Of a DNA stretch of 64,000 nt, positions 25,901 to 39,619 are shown piece by piece. Each line of letters starts with the position of its first letter. Position 1 is the stretch's first letter. The position numbers and the translations under genes were made by a program. This stretch comes from Isurus oxyrinchus (lineage: Eukaryota): contig JANJGN010000041.1 in NCBI GenBank assembly GCA_026770705.1, positions 5,084,001 through 5,148,000 on the forward strand, written 5' to 3'. Under the pieces are notes generated by a model. That model was not told where the DNA came from, did not search any database, and worked only from the letters and a program-made list of their open reading frames with translations.

Positions 25901-27389
25901 GGAAAGAGGAAAGAAGAAGAAATTCGTTTTTTAGTGCCAGTGGGATCAGTTCTGTAAAGCAGGCACATTTAATGCTACATGGGTTGAACTGGTGTCCACT
26001 GTCATCGGTCGTGATAGGTGTTTTGGCAGTGACGGTGCGGCATGGGAATAGGGACACATGTACAAGCTAATTCGCTTTGCTGTGAGGCGGGCTTCATGAC
26101 CCTCTGCTGTAGCCGATGTGAAAGCTTGAACTTAAGCGCCAGCTGAGAACTCATTTAGACTCAAGCTCCATCTTGGTTAAAGGGATTTTTCCATATCCTC
26201 AAAATGACATCATCTAAAAATAGCGAGTGTTTGTGCTGCTGGGCGATATCGGACGCCTTGTAGAATTTTAATAGATGATATTAGTGGAGACTGGGTAAAT
26301 CCACATTAACTGAAATGCTATTTATTGCTGTTTATTTAAAGTGCCCTGATCTGAAGTGATGGGTTTGTATTTGGAGATGGTTTTAATGTTTATGGGAGAA
26401 AATTAGGGTGATGGTGTTCAGCGTACATCAGATAGCTGTTAGTTGAATGGATGGAAATGCTCGAAGTGCGAAATAGATACCAAGTGTTCTAAACCATATC
26501 GATATAAGGTAGCTCCTGTGAAATATGCTCACCTTCATTATGTTCAGTTGCAATAAAGACTATCTGTGCTCCAGTTATCTCATGTGTGTCTCTGAGGTGC
26601 TCAAGAGAGAATGTGGAGATCTTTGTTCTTGGTACTTGGATTTCTGGTGCTCTACCAGCACAGATGCTGTTTATTAGAACTAAGCAGGTATTATGTATTT
26701 ACTAATAGCATGCACGCAATGAAGATTGTCTCCACTTTGAGCATGATATAGACGGAGTCACCTAAGCTAGTTACTTGCTAATCAACAGAGAGACCAATCT
26801 GTGTATTGATTGAACAGGTGAAAGTTTAAAATAATTGTTAACGACTTATAATTTCAGAGCCAATCTGCAGAGAAGAGGGCCATTTAGCCCATTAAGCACC
26901 TCCTGGATCTTTGAAATTGCTGCTCAATTCTCCCCACTCGATCTCTCCACTTTCCCCATTGCTCTGCCATTGTTCCTTTTTTAGTTCAATTACCTCCACA
27001 CCCCTCATTTGTGATTCAACATTGCACCTTCCTCCATTACCCTTTCAGGAATCCCCTTACATGTCACATGGACAGATTGTGTATAGATAATTTTTCCGCC
27101 GCTCCCATCGGGTTATCTGCTTATTACCTTCAATCTGTTTCACCCGAGCTTCCAAAATCCCACACTGATTGCCACGATTGAAAGAAATGTGTATTTCTCC
27201 CTTGGGGCAGATATCGTTCATTTGACCAGCATCAGCAGAACAGATTACCTGATTATTAACTGGCTGATGAATTTTCTTGCTTGAAGGCTTAACGACAGCA
27301 ACTCATTCTATCTTCAGAGCTCAGGGGCAGCCCAAGGACTGGAATGGTCCAGAGGAATTTACCGAGTTCACATTTTCATTTTCTGCATT

Positions 27390-27700
27390 TTGCGTCATCT
27401 CTGTCTCTCTTTCTATTTCTCATCTCTTTCTGTCGTTATCCTTCGTTCTCCGTATGCCCTCTAGCTCAGCCTCTCCTCCTTTCTGCTCCTCTCTCTCTCA
27501 CATTCTCGCTCTGCATCTTCCTCGCTACGCTCTCTCCCTCTCTCTTCACTCGCTCTCTATTTCTCTTTTATTTGATGATTCTATTTTGCTCTGTCTCGCT
27601 CCTTGTATGTTCCACCGTGTTTTTTTTTCTTTCTCGTTGCTCCATCTTATTCTCCAGCTTCCTTTCAAGCTGTATCTCTGTCTCTCTCTGTCCCTATATT
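27390..27700. repeat. CT-rich low-complexity tract
   Basis: Degenerate (CT)n. It explains ORFs 27277-27732 and 27344-27718. Confidence 0.85.
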
Positions 27701-30700
27701 ATCACCTGGACCGGATAGGTAAATATTTGTAATTTTAACACGTTTTCTGTTTGTTAAATATTTGCCTCGAAACGGGACTGAGCTGTCATAAGTCGCTCTC
27801 CTCCCTGGCACCGTTCAACAAGGTCCGTGGAATGAGCTGCCCCTGAATATAAAGCAGCAGCTCACTCACTCTCTGAGGGGGCAAAACACAAACTACCAAT
27901 GCTAACTATCATATTCAATCATTTTAATTTTTCAATTACATATGGACGTTCTCTGAGCCGAATAAATATAAGCAGGTGAATATACGAACTCAAATATTTG
28001 ATAATTAGAACGAGGCTATGAACGTCTTGTCATTCAGGGGACGTTACTGTCGCTGCATCTGCCATCAGATTTTATTGTCCAGCACTATTTACCATTGAGA
28101 GTCTGTTGGTCAGCCTCCTTCCTGACCACTGCAGTCCATATTATTTATGTACAACGGACGTGCTGTTCAGGAATGTGTATTCAAGGGCCTGGAAGATGTC
28201 CCTGGTGTTCAGCATCAGAAACTGTTTTATTCATCGTGTCCCATTCTCTGTAGCTAGGCCCAGTGAGTTATTCACAATTTTATGAGTTCACGCAGAGATT
28301 CAGCCTCCTCCACCCCTCTAGTCCCTATGTACACTTCCCTCCACCAGCACACCGTCCTGAAATACCCCAATTTCCTTCCGCACACCGGTGCCTCATGTAC
28401 TTCCGAAACTGTTCCCCATTTCCTTTCCAACCTGCACCACTTTTCATTTCCTCTAACCAGACCCTCGACCGAAATGTTCTCTCACTGCTTCAGGGTAAAT
28501 GGGCTAGTTGGACCGAATGGCCTGTTGTGACGAAATCACTACGAATGTCCCTATTACAAAGTACTCCAGTGGTGGGCATTGGCTGGAGACGAAAGTCAGC
28601 TCATTTTTACAGGAGAGGGTAAAAATGTTGAAGTTGTCCAAAATGCACTGTGTCTACAATTCTTTGCATGTTACCAGCTGAGCTTTGGTTACCATGCATA
28701 TTTGGAGCACTTTGCCAATTTGTTTAATATTTGCTTGTAACACGGATCTGACCAGGTTAGGCAGTTGATATCCTGCCTGCCTGTATTGAACAAGGTGTGA
28801 CGATCTGGAATTAATGACAAACCCCAGGATGGGATCCAGCTGCTCACTGCCAGTGCGTGTTGTCAATACACAGACCACCCACTCTTGAGTCTCCTAATTT
28901 TGCTTTTTGCAATCGATACACACGGCGGGCTGGTGCTCTGCTAACTTTGACCAATGGACGACAGGCGGCTCAGGTACCGGTCACGATCATTTATTCGAGT
29001 AATTGCGAGGACAGAAGCATCTCTAGGCATCATGCACTAGCATGCTGTCAAACTGCAATCATGCAGCGTATTTTATACATTGCTGATCCCGTACAAGAAG
29101 AATATTCAAATCCCCTTCTTGTCAGAATATATGTTATGTCATACATGCTCTTTGACACCGGCAGACAACTCACCCCTATCCTGGCTGGGACCAACTTTAG
29201 TTTCCTTTTCGGTTGAAAGGATCACTTCATCTATGTTGTTGTCAGCCTCTGCCTCCAATCAGGATCCCAAAGCCTTACTGTTTTTTGCAGGCTCTAAGGC
29301 TTTGCAATATTTATCTGGTAACTTTAACTGTTAATGTGCTAGATAGCACCGGATGCATGACGTATTCAAATAATCATTCACTTTCAATACATTCTTCCTG
29401 CATGACCCCTAAGAGTCACCAATACTGGGTCGTTGCCTAGCCCAGATTCGACAAATACATTTTTACTGTCCATCCCTTTATGTACCAACACACATTGATA
29501 CTGGCCAGTTATACAGCTTTGCATTAAAAATTTTGACGGTCAGGTCAAAATCAGGTATCATCTGGTCCTTCACTTGAGGCCTCAGATTTGTTAAACTTCT
29601 TCTCCCCCTTTTAATGCCTCCAGCTCCTCTTCTGTGACCCTCAGTCACGATGAATCAGGTAGGTAAAATATATAATAGTTATCAGCTGAATCAGAACCAG
29701 TGCATGGGAAATAATCCAAATACACGGATGCATTTGTACATTGGAGCCTCAATTCCACCGTCACGGTGAGGAGGAATCTACCTGCTCGATATCCTCTTTT
29801 GACACTCTAACCTGTTTACAGTAGGTTCAATACATCTGCAGAGCTTGTCTCCGAATCGGGGTTAGGTGCTCTGGCAGTTAATATATTATCATATGAGAAC
29901 TGATTCAAATACCGTACCAGGTTATCGTTATGGCTTTCCATGACCTGGGTATTAGTCCATCCTCTCTTGTATATTTAGAGCAGTTGTACATTTCCCAGGC
30001 TTGCCGGCACCTGCGGGGGTAGGGACAACAATTGATTATGGATGGATCACATCAAGTTGCCCCAATACTGGATCATTTGCTGCCACGCAGTGATACAATA
30101 ACTCCGATTCCACATGTGTGCAACATGGGTCGGTTTTTTTGCAGCCCATGCAGTTTGCATTATATAATTTGCTGCTGCTTTGAATCCACACTTTGTTTCT
30201 TCCATCTCCTATATTGCATGAGCACATACAAATGTTGTGCTCTCGAAACCGCGCCCTTCTAAATATTGTGCTAACTATATTCCCTTGTATGTCAACTGCT
30301 TATGGCAGAATGTCATGTTGCCTAACATAATATTTTCCCCACATCACCCCAACATTTTCGGCTCAATAAAATGTTCTGCTGGGTGTTGACATAGGTATAA
30401 CAGGTATCACTAAGTCAATGCCAATTAGCATGTTACAATTCACAATGCATTCAACATTCTTTCTACCTACACGTGTTAAACCTCTGAGCTGGCAATCAGC
30501 CAAGTCATGATTTCTATGTCGTGGACGGTTAAATAAAAGTTCATTGGCTGCCCATGAAGCAACTGCATCTTCATTAATCTCTTAAATTCAGTCGGGCTTG
30601 TTCCAGTGTAGAGGGTCCATTGGTGCTGCAGACATAGCTACTGTTTGCTTAACTTGAAATATGTTTTCCTATACTGTTAAATTTATTGATAGACCACGCA

Positions 30701-30849
30701 TAACCTTCGAGCAAGTTAGCCATGTTATGAATTAATTGTTTCATGTCATGGCCTGTATTAAATTGGATGTCGTGAAATCCATGACCCCGCTTAAAATTTC
30801 CTTAAGCTGGGAGATCAAGGATTGGACAATTTTGTCAACAGTTTACAGG

Positions 30850-32200
30850 TCAGTGGACTTAACACAGAAGCTTCCCCACTGAAGCATTCTGAAGTTTCTA
30901 TCCATTTGAGTAATAAGGCGGTATTATTCTTCCAACCAAAATGCATAAACTCACTATTCTCCATATTAAACAACATCTAGCAAATGTTGTCCCATTCACC
31001 TTACTTGTCCATATCCATTTGTAAATATCTTATATCTTCATTACAACTTATTCCCCACCTATTTTGGAATTATCTGTAATTTTAGCTATTGTACATTCTA
31101 TCCCTCAACCAAAGTCATTCATAACGAGTATAAATAGTTGGGCCCTAGGACCGAACCCATTGGAAACCCAGTAATTACAGCTGGTGTTCGGGAAAAAAAG
31201 AACCATTTACCCAGACTCCTTTCTTTCTGTTGGTTAGCCAATCCTCTCTCCAAGCTAATATAATACCCATGACTTCATGTGATGTACCTTGTGAATTAAT
31301 CTTTTGTGCAGCTTCTTTTCAAAGGCCTTCTGCAGTGCAGAAATACAACATCCACAGTATCTCCATTATGCACTTTGTTTGTCACATGTTCCAAAAACTG
31401 TAGCAAATTACCCAAACACGAGTTATTTTCATAAAAAAATGCTGACTCTGTTGGATTTTATTTCGACGTTCCAAATGCCCCGTTAGTAATTCCTTAATAA
31501 CTGTTTCCAACAATTTCTAAACGATAGATATTAAACTGGTTTAGAGTTTCCTAATTTCTGCCTCCCCCAATCCTTCTGAATAAGGTCATTATATTAATAT
31601 TGTTCCAATCCAGTGCAACCTTTTTGGAATCCAGGGAATTTTGGAACGTAATTACCAATGCTTTCACTATTTCTGCTGCCACCTCCTTTACGACCATTGG
31701 ATTTAGGTCAACAGGTCCTGGGGACTTGTCACCCTTTAATCCAAAATGTTTGCTCAGTACGTTTTCTCTAGTTATGGTCATTCTTCTAGGTTCCTGCATC
31801 TCTATACCCTCTGCTCTGCCTGTTACGAGTGGTGTGGCAGTAGTTTCCTCCGCCGTGAAAATTGAGGCAATATATTGAGACTAAACATATAGTGCCTTTT
31901 CTATGTTCCCCACTGTTAACTCTCCAGTCCTACCATCCAACTGACCAACATTCGCGTTTGCTACACTATTTATTTTTATATACTTTTGGAAGAATTTGAT
32001 ATCACTTTTTTAAATTTTGCGCTAGTTTACTTTCATAATTTTCCTTTGTTATTTTTATTAACTCTTTGTTCGTCTTTATAATGTTCCAAATCTTCCTGCT
32101 TGTCACTGACCTTTTCCATTTGGGATGCCTTAATTTTGGATTTTGTGTTGCCTTTAACTTCCTTGCTTAGCCCTGAAAGATTTTTTTCCCACTCTTACCA
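30850..32200 (-). mobile_element. CR1 LINE ORF2 fragment (RT region)
   Basis: Minus ORF 31551-31799 reads GLKGDKSPGPVDLNPMVVKEVAAEIVKALVITFQNSLDSKKVALDWNNINIMTLF, typical of CR1 ORF2. Confidence 0.88.
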
Positions 32201-32714
32201 TCATTCTTCCTCATTGGAACGATTGTTCTCTTTATTTTTGCGATTTGGCCAAGGCATTTTTGATAAGGTATTTGCACACATTTTTGTGACTGAATGTGCT
32301 GTCCAGGTTGGTTATTGTTTTACATAATTAGTCTGATCGTTTTAAACCGAGTAGGGATGAAATGTACCCTTGGCTCCTGCTATGCTGAATCAGTTTTGAT
32401 TTTTTTTCCCCAATGTTTTTCTCTTCCCGGTAAATTAGTGATGCTTTTGTTCCTGGCACGAAGAAATTGTTATCCCTCAAATTGTATTATTTGCTACCAG
32501 AATTGAATGGCAGATACCGAATTCCTGGACGTCATATATGTTCCGAAATTAAGGGGAACTTGTCAGGCGAAATTCCCAGATTTATTTGTGTGCAATATTG
32601 GCATTCATTGTGTTTCTCTCTTTCTGTTTAAATAACAATCACATTTTTTTGCATCACGGTCGCATTTATCAATGATCCGTTAGCGGATATTTGTTGCAAG
32701 AAGCATTTCTACCC

Positions 32715-33015
32715 TTCATGTTCTTATCTTTCTATCTTTCTATCCATCCACTCATCTATCTATCTATCCATTTATCTATCTATCTATGTATTTATCTATC
32801 TATCTATCTTCTCCATATCTATCAACCTATGAATACATTTCACTCTCATACTCTCTTGCTCTTTCATTCACACGCTCCATTTCTTGCTCGTTCTGTCTCG
32901 CTCTCTCTCTCTCTCCCGCGTACAACTCTCTTTTCTAATCAGTGTATCCAGTTGGATATCTGTCTATCTGTGCATCTATATGTCTGCCTATCTGTCTGTC
33001 GGTCTGCCTGTCTAA
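32715..33015. repeat. (CTAT)n, (CT)n and (CTGT)n microsatellite mosaic
   Basis: Visible ATCT/CTAT runs at 32725-32825, then CT and CTGT runs. Confidence 0.85.
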
Positions 33016-33459
33016 CTGTCATGATGATTGATTCTCCCGCGACTTCACCATGTGAGTACGTGGCAAAAAAAAAAGTGGCAGTCTGTTATCACTTGTGACA
33101 TTAGATCAAGTCAATATTTCAACAATCGATTGCCAAATGCTGCATACAATGCCCGTTCAGGTGGAATTAATTAACTTTGCCCTGTCTTCCTTGTCTTTAC
33201 GTCGCTTGACTCAGTTCTCCACAAATGCTTAAATCATTGGATGATTCCTCTATTTGGTTGTGCCAAAGGTTTTCTTATTTAGTTCAGAATCATGTTTTCA
33301 AATATATCCTTTCCTGTGGCGGGGATGTTGTTAGATGGACCACAAGTTATTGCCAGATCCAAATTGCCCTTGAAAAGGCGGAGGTGCCCTACATTCCAGA
33401 AATTCTATATTTCATCTGATTGACGTCAGTGGCATTCCCTCAGTACCTAGAAAAAAGTT

Positions 33460-35750
33460 CGTCAGGCTCAGTGTGAATTCAGATGACTGAGGAGTCCCAT
33501 TCTGGAGCTACATGTTCTTGATAAAGACGGGCACATTTTTTTGTGCTGGAGAGTTGAAATCAAAGGCCAAGGTTGGTTCACTTCTCCATGCTGTGCCTTG
33601 GCCGTTCCACCACTCTTGAGCCGCTGAGACTCGAAGCGGTTTTCGATTTGATGCACTGGATGATTCAGGCCGAGTGATCAGCAGCATTCTCCTCCCGCCC
33701 CCTGGTTTTAAGACATCCGTGCATTAGGAAAAACTGGAGATTATACAAACAACGTTCTCTTTGACCGCCCTTTGGACGAGGACTGCTAAGTGGTAGATGC
33801 AAGTATGGAAACGCAACCCTTTCCTGAAACATGTGCCCTACAACCGCCAGATGTCTGCTGCATTTGTACAGGATTTTGGCTGGGTGCCTATAGGCATCAG
33901 AGCCTTGCCAAGTCCCCAATCCTCCATGCCTACAGGGCTTTTCACCTGAAGCATTGTTGTAAACCCATATTTTAGTACCAGGATTCCGGTGTGCCATGTC
34001 TATGCTTTTAACGATGCAGGCACACCGGGATGCTTTTAGTAATGTAGTGTCAGGGTCCCATGTACTGGGATCCAACTTGCAATCTCTGAGCTTAGTTTTC
34101 AGATTTCAGACATCCTCTAGTGGAGCTTCCTGTGCTCACCGAGTGTGGCGTGTTTGTACGTACGCATTTTCCAGATGAACAGTATGACCTAGCCAGGGAA
34201 CCGGGGCTCTAATGAACATACTTTTGATGTCAGGCTTGCTGCACTTTGCAAGTTCATTGGTTTTGCGGATTTTCTCCTGCCAGGAACCGTTGGAAATTCT
34301 TCACAGACAGTGATGTTTGAAAGTTTTCATTTGCTTTCTATGTGGCCGAAAGGTTATGGAAGTCTCGCAATAATATAGAAGTGATATAATAAAAACTGCC
34401 TGGAAGGGCTTGATCTTCCATCTGAGGGAAGATTCCATGTTCTCTTTGCCGAAGTCAATGAGTGAATGCTGTCAAGTGCCGAGCTTGTTTTTGTCAGTTG
34501 GTGTGTAATTTGCCCATCCAGTTAGTGGCCTTGGAGTCCATGTGGCCAAGTGAGCAAAACGTGCGTAATGAACAAAGTGGTGCATTGCTCAAAGCGGCTG
34601 TGGTATCTTGGAGCACGTGACCAGCAACGGTTTAATGCAGCATCTCTATCCTTAGTTATATTGTCAAACGAAAACATTCTGTGTTTCCCGCAACGCCCTG
34701 AGCACACAGCTGAATGTCTCTGGATACTGACGTATGAGAGCGCATTTTTCCACGAATGTGACTTCCCTCTGTAGCTGCCCAGCAGCCTCTGTGCAAGGTT
34801 TTATTCTTGGCTCATTCAAAAGGCTGCCGGTGGTCCTGAAATGAATTGATAATACTTTGTCAAGTTGTTTGAGTGCATGCTTGGACAAAGACCTACAAAT
34901 ATATGACAAACAGAGCTGGTGATATTAAACAGCATTATTTGGCACTGCAAGTGATATGCAAAGGGTTCACACAGACCAAACAGTTTGTATCCCTCTGATC
35001 ATGACGCCTTCATCATAGAGCGAATGACACTGACCATCTGTTCAGTGCTGTCGCATATTCCTGGCTGTATTGGATAGTTTATTGACTAAGAAGGGAGTCT
35101 AGGTTGTGTTTTGTGAGGGAGTTGGACGAGGGGGCGGATATACGGCGCTGGTTGCGGAAGAACAGGCAGAAGAGCGGGTCTGAGGACACAATCAGAAAAA
35201 CCATGATCTTTCCGAATTACAGGACAGGCTCAAGGGGCTAAATGACCTACTGAACTTTACTATTCTGTTTTTGGTGTTTGGTTGAAATGCAGCCCACACC
35301 AAAGGTGGAGGAGCCATCGATTTTGGTTCATTGTAATCAGTGTATCTGTCTTCTAATGATTGTCTGCAGACTAGATTTGAGGGCCAAGACTAAAATGTTC
35401 AGCGTGGAATGCCGTCCCAGCGATGCACTCTGTATATCCGATGGTTTTATTCAAGTAATTGTTTTTCATTCAGTTGAATCATCACTCTGGTTGGACTATG
35501 TGAGTGGGTGAGCAGGAGGATTGGATGACTCGGTGAATTGTTACTGGGGCTGTATGGGGTCGGAATGCCTTGAAAGCATTATATTGAAATATTTTGTCTG
35601 AGAAACAAAGGCCTTCTTCATACAATATTTATTGAATATCAAGTCACCACCAAAACCAACCTTCCAGGTTGAACTTTTGCGGTAAAAATTTCCAGGCAGA
35701 ATGGTGCAAAGTTATGTGCAATGGAAAAGAATTTCGGTCAAGTCATTGAC
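33460..35750 (-). mobile_element. Decayed RTE-clade LINE
   Basis: Minus translations CPSLSRTCSSRMGLLSHLNSH* (RTE C-terminal C..C.R.C.SRIGL.SH.R.H), STWDPDTTLLKASRCACIVKSI, RHPAKILY and RPKGGQRER. A small CR1 3' piece is nested at ~35050-35260. Confidence 0.7.
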
Positions 35751-36231
35751 GGAAGTGTCAGTGCTAGAGGAATCCATGGAATGATCTGGGAAGCGTATGA
35801 GTTCCCTCTGGAAGTTTAAATGTCACAGACAAACATCACACATGTGCCCTGTTGGAAGATAAAATTTGTCCCGAAAAACATGACAGTGGTGAACATTTGA
35901 AATTTCCCGCACTACCTCTCCTGACAGTCGAGGCCGATTGAGTTTCCTCGAATCATTTTGAGCTACATTAGTAAAGATTAGATTTCCAACATCCCTCCGT
36001 GGGTCAAGCATTTCCCACCGTGATTATCCACTATGGGATCTACCAGCTGCTCGTTAAAATATAGCCCCTTCAATTGTATTGACCACAAACATCATTCGAA
36101 TGTTCAATGTTTCATTTCGAAACGGTTCCTTTTTGAAACAGAGCGACTGACGTAACCTGTTTGTTCAGTGACTAAAACTAATTGATTTCTTTAGGGGACA
36201 TGAATGCTCTAATGGGGATTGATCTGCTGCT

Positions 36232-36303
36232 TATATAACAGTTTCGCTGAATGTCAAATTTCATGTTTTGCAACAGGCTCGGTGTATCGGTTTCAACGTG
36301 AGT
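36232..36303 (+). promoter_or_regulatory. Candidate TATA box and short non-coding first exon or donor of GPCR paralog 2
   Basis: TATATAA at 36232-36238 and GTGAGT donor at 36298-36303. A strong acceptor (pyrimidine tract, AG at 36961-36962) lies 21 nt before the ATG. Confidence 0.35.
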
Positions 36304-36439
36304 TAGCTCCTCTTACAGTGAATATAATTTGTTGTACTTCATAAGATACGATCCATTTTCAAACCCATACTCGAAGCTGTCATTTTCCGATGTACGTTTA
36401 TGAACATGCTCTCGGACTAACAATATCAATTTCTGTCCT

Positions 36440-36730
36440 TCTTTCGATTCATAGATGAGGGAAATGCAGGCATGGCGAGCATTTATTGCCCATCTTTAAT
36501 TCAACTTGTGAAGTGGGTGGTGAGCTGCTGCAATCTTTGTGGTGTAGTTACATCCACAGTATTATTAGGGGGAAATCCATTAATTTGACAAAGAGACAAT
36601 GAAGGAACGGCGATATTTTCCCGAATCAGGATGATGAGTGGCTTGGAGAGGAACATTCAGCGACAGGCGTCCGCATGACCATGCTGACTTTGTCTTTCTA
36701 AATGCTAGCGGCCATGGGTTTGATTAGTTA
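36440..36730 (-). mobile_element. 3' end fragment of the second CR1/L2-group LINE family
   Basis: GCATTTATTGCCCATC...GGTGGTGAGCTGC, similar to 21640-21700. Confidence 0.65.
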
Positions 36731-36983
36731 ACTGAAGGGCTTCATATTGAGTAAAGGTAACAGCTGTTCTCTGTCCCCTGCCAGGAATGATGTCATGCTA
36801 GTTTTTCCCTGATGCTCTATAATAATTAATGTGACATCTCCTTTCGAAGGTCTTAGATTTTAAAGTGTTTCTCCTGTTTTCCTGAGATAAAACTTAAAGA
36901 AGAAGAGGATTTTTACGTTTCAGCTCACACGTTTATTTCTTCTTGTGCACCCATCTCTGTAGGAAAGACATCTCCTTAAAAAG

Positions 36984-37053
36984 ATGGGTGAACTGATACT
37001 TCACCAGCTAGAAGCGATTTATTATCCTGTTCTCGCGGCTATTGGGGTTCCTG
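36984..37053 (+). CDS. GPR139-like GPCR paralog 2, coding exon 1 (MGELILHQLEAIYYPVLAAIGVP)
   Basis: AAGATGG Kozak context, 23 codons plus 1 nt, then donor GTAAGA at 37054. YYPVLAAIGVP|VN parallels GPR139 YYSLLLCLGLP|AN. The phase-1 join restores the frame of exon 45342-46198. Confidence 0.88.
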
Positions 37054-38164
37054 GTAAGAGCTTTAATGCAATCTTCACCCGTACAAATGGATGTTGACGT
37101 TCTTCTCAAGTGCTGGTTCTGATAACATGGAATCGTTTCTTTACAGTTGGGGACACATGAAAGCAGGGATGTAAGTTTAAACATAACTTTAAAAGATTTC
37201 TTACTGTTGCTGTATCTTTCACTCAGGCGTCTCCACTGCCAACACCTTATTCACGGAATGTCTTGTAACAGAGTGGGCTCTGCAATAGATATCATAATCA
37301 AGTGCAAACCGAGTTTGAACTAGTAGAAAACCCAATCTGTGAAAATCTGTGCAGAGGCAATTTATCATTCTGCAAGTTCCTGCGTGAAATACTTGAATGC
37401 TTTGCTAATGCTATTCATCCATTTCCCAATAGTTAAAGGGACAGGATTACTGTCAAATCGCATACTTATTGCCACAGCGATACTTTTACAAATCTGGATG
37501 CAGAGAGGATATCTGGAAGTCTGGGTGAAACAGATTCCGTTTGTGCAGAAGGCATTTGGATGTTTTAGTAACCTGTCTATTGAAATGCATGTATTTCTAG
37601 AACCTCCTTTATCGAACTTAATGAATGTATTTGAAGTGCAGTCAACGAAATGACGCAAAAGTTGACAGGCAATTTCTGGTGGAGAAGCTTCTACAGGCAG
37701 CAGGTTTACAATGAGCTGATTATCCGTTTTTTGGGCTTTGGCCGAGGTTCAAATAGTGCTCAGGACACAAGGGGCTACGACAATGTTGTTCTTCGAAATA
37801 GGGGCATGGAAACTTTGAAAATAACTGCGAATCGATTAGTCATGTGTTACAAAAGTTATTATAACCCATAGTGCAGAACTACTTCACTACAGCAATGGAG
37901 CATTAACAGGGAATTTTCAGTGAGGGTGCTAACTGAGATATACGTGGTCAGATTTTGGAAACCCTATGCACCCTGAGTAGTAATCTGGTTATCGTTAATG
38001 TGCTCATTTCAATTTCTAGCCCTCCACTTCCTGTTGTTGAAAACCCTGCTTCCAAATCTAACTGATTTACATTGAGGATTAGTGTAAATTGATATTAAGC
38101 ATTGCCGGAATCCCCTGTGGCTTTGGCAAACTCACATTGCCATGTTACATGGTGTCGCTGACAG

Positions 38165-38700
38165 AGGGACATTGGAGCATAGGAAATACGAGTAAGAGTT
38201 GACCATTTGGCCGCACGACGGTGCTCCACTACTCAATTATATCATCGCTTAAATTATGCCTCCACGACATTCCTCGCACTATCTCATATCTTTGGACGCA
38301 TTTACTAATGCGAAATCAGTTCATTGACACATTCAACATACTCAGTGACTGCCAATCCACGGAGGTTGCAGTACATAATTTCGAAAATTTACCCCTCCCT
38401 GAGTGATGAATTCTTCCTAAGACCAGTTCTAAATGCAGACCTCTTATTCTGATATTGCTTTTCAGGGTTTTAGGCACCCCCAACAGGGGAACAATCCAGG
38501 CAAATCTACACCAACGAAATTTATAAGAACGATGGATGCTTCAGTGAGATCAATTTTCATGTGCCAATGCTCCAGAAAGCAGAAGATGAGTCTCGTCAAT
38601 GTCTCCACATAGGACAATCCCAGCGACCTTAATGTAATCCAAGAGGTAATGTGTTGAACATTCCTTGTCGCAGAGCTACAACAGCACCTAATGAAATCCA
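38165..38700 (-). mobile_element. CR1 3' fragment (intronic)
   Basis: GGAGCATAGGAAATACGAGTAAGAGTTGACCATTTGGCC...CTCAATT is a degraded CR1 3' UTR. The minus ORF has LRSLGLSYVE..MKIDLTEA (LGL.SLE.RR.RGDLIE). Confidence 0.7.
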
Positions 38701-39619
38701 CACAAAAGGGGCAAAGTAGATGGTTTACTGGAAGCACGAACATCACCATAAACATTCCACATGAATATTGCAGTTTTGGGTAATCGCTGGCTTGGGGTTA
38801 CAAATTATTCTTGTGCACAAATCAGCTAACGCTGATGGTCCACAGTGCCTCGTGAATGCCCTGTTTTGAGCGGTTTATCAAGGTGAATTGTACGCCATTT
38901 AGCACAATGATTGTCTCACAAAATACAATCGAGAGAAGCCCTGATGTGAAGGCGGAATTTGTCTGAACAAGTACCGTGCGGCGGTTATTCCTATTAATCC
39001 TTTAATGAACAGATGCACCTGTGGTGGGTAGGTTGGTGGACCGGATTTACATAGAGTTTTGCACCTGCGTTGTTCCCTGATCACCTGCCAAAGACCCAGT
39101 CTAGCAGTTACATTTATGGACTGGCCAGCTCGAAAATTAATGGCTCAACCGATCCTCTCTTGCTCACAGACATCGAGGTCCGCATTGTGAAGCATTTTTC
39201 TTTCCCTGTCATTCCCCAAAAGATCATCGATCCATCCACTGAGGGGAAAGGGAGGTGGTCAGCAGGAAGGGATATTCTTTGCCCATGTGTTTCATGATGT
39301 CATGAGATTTCATTTAGGTACCACGTGCTCTCAAGGATATGAAAAGTGATGTACACTGAAAGTGTTGCAAAATGGTATTTAGGAATCAGTAATACAATTG
39401 AGCAATACCGAGAAATTCAAATGATATTTCACCGTTTAGATCAGATAATTTCACTCAGATGTTTGCTGATGATTCATATGAACTTTAAAAGCTTTAAGAG
39501 GAATTACTCAGATAAGGATAAACATCTTGAATCATTCAATCTACGGAATGATTGCAAATCAAACTGTCTGCTTTGTCTTGGAATAAGTCAATATTGTTGA
39601 ATTATATTAGAGCGTAAAT

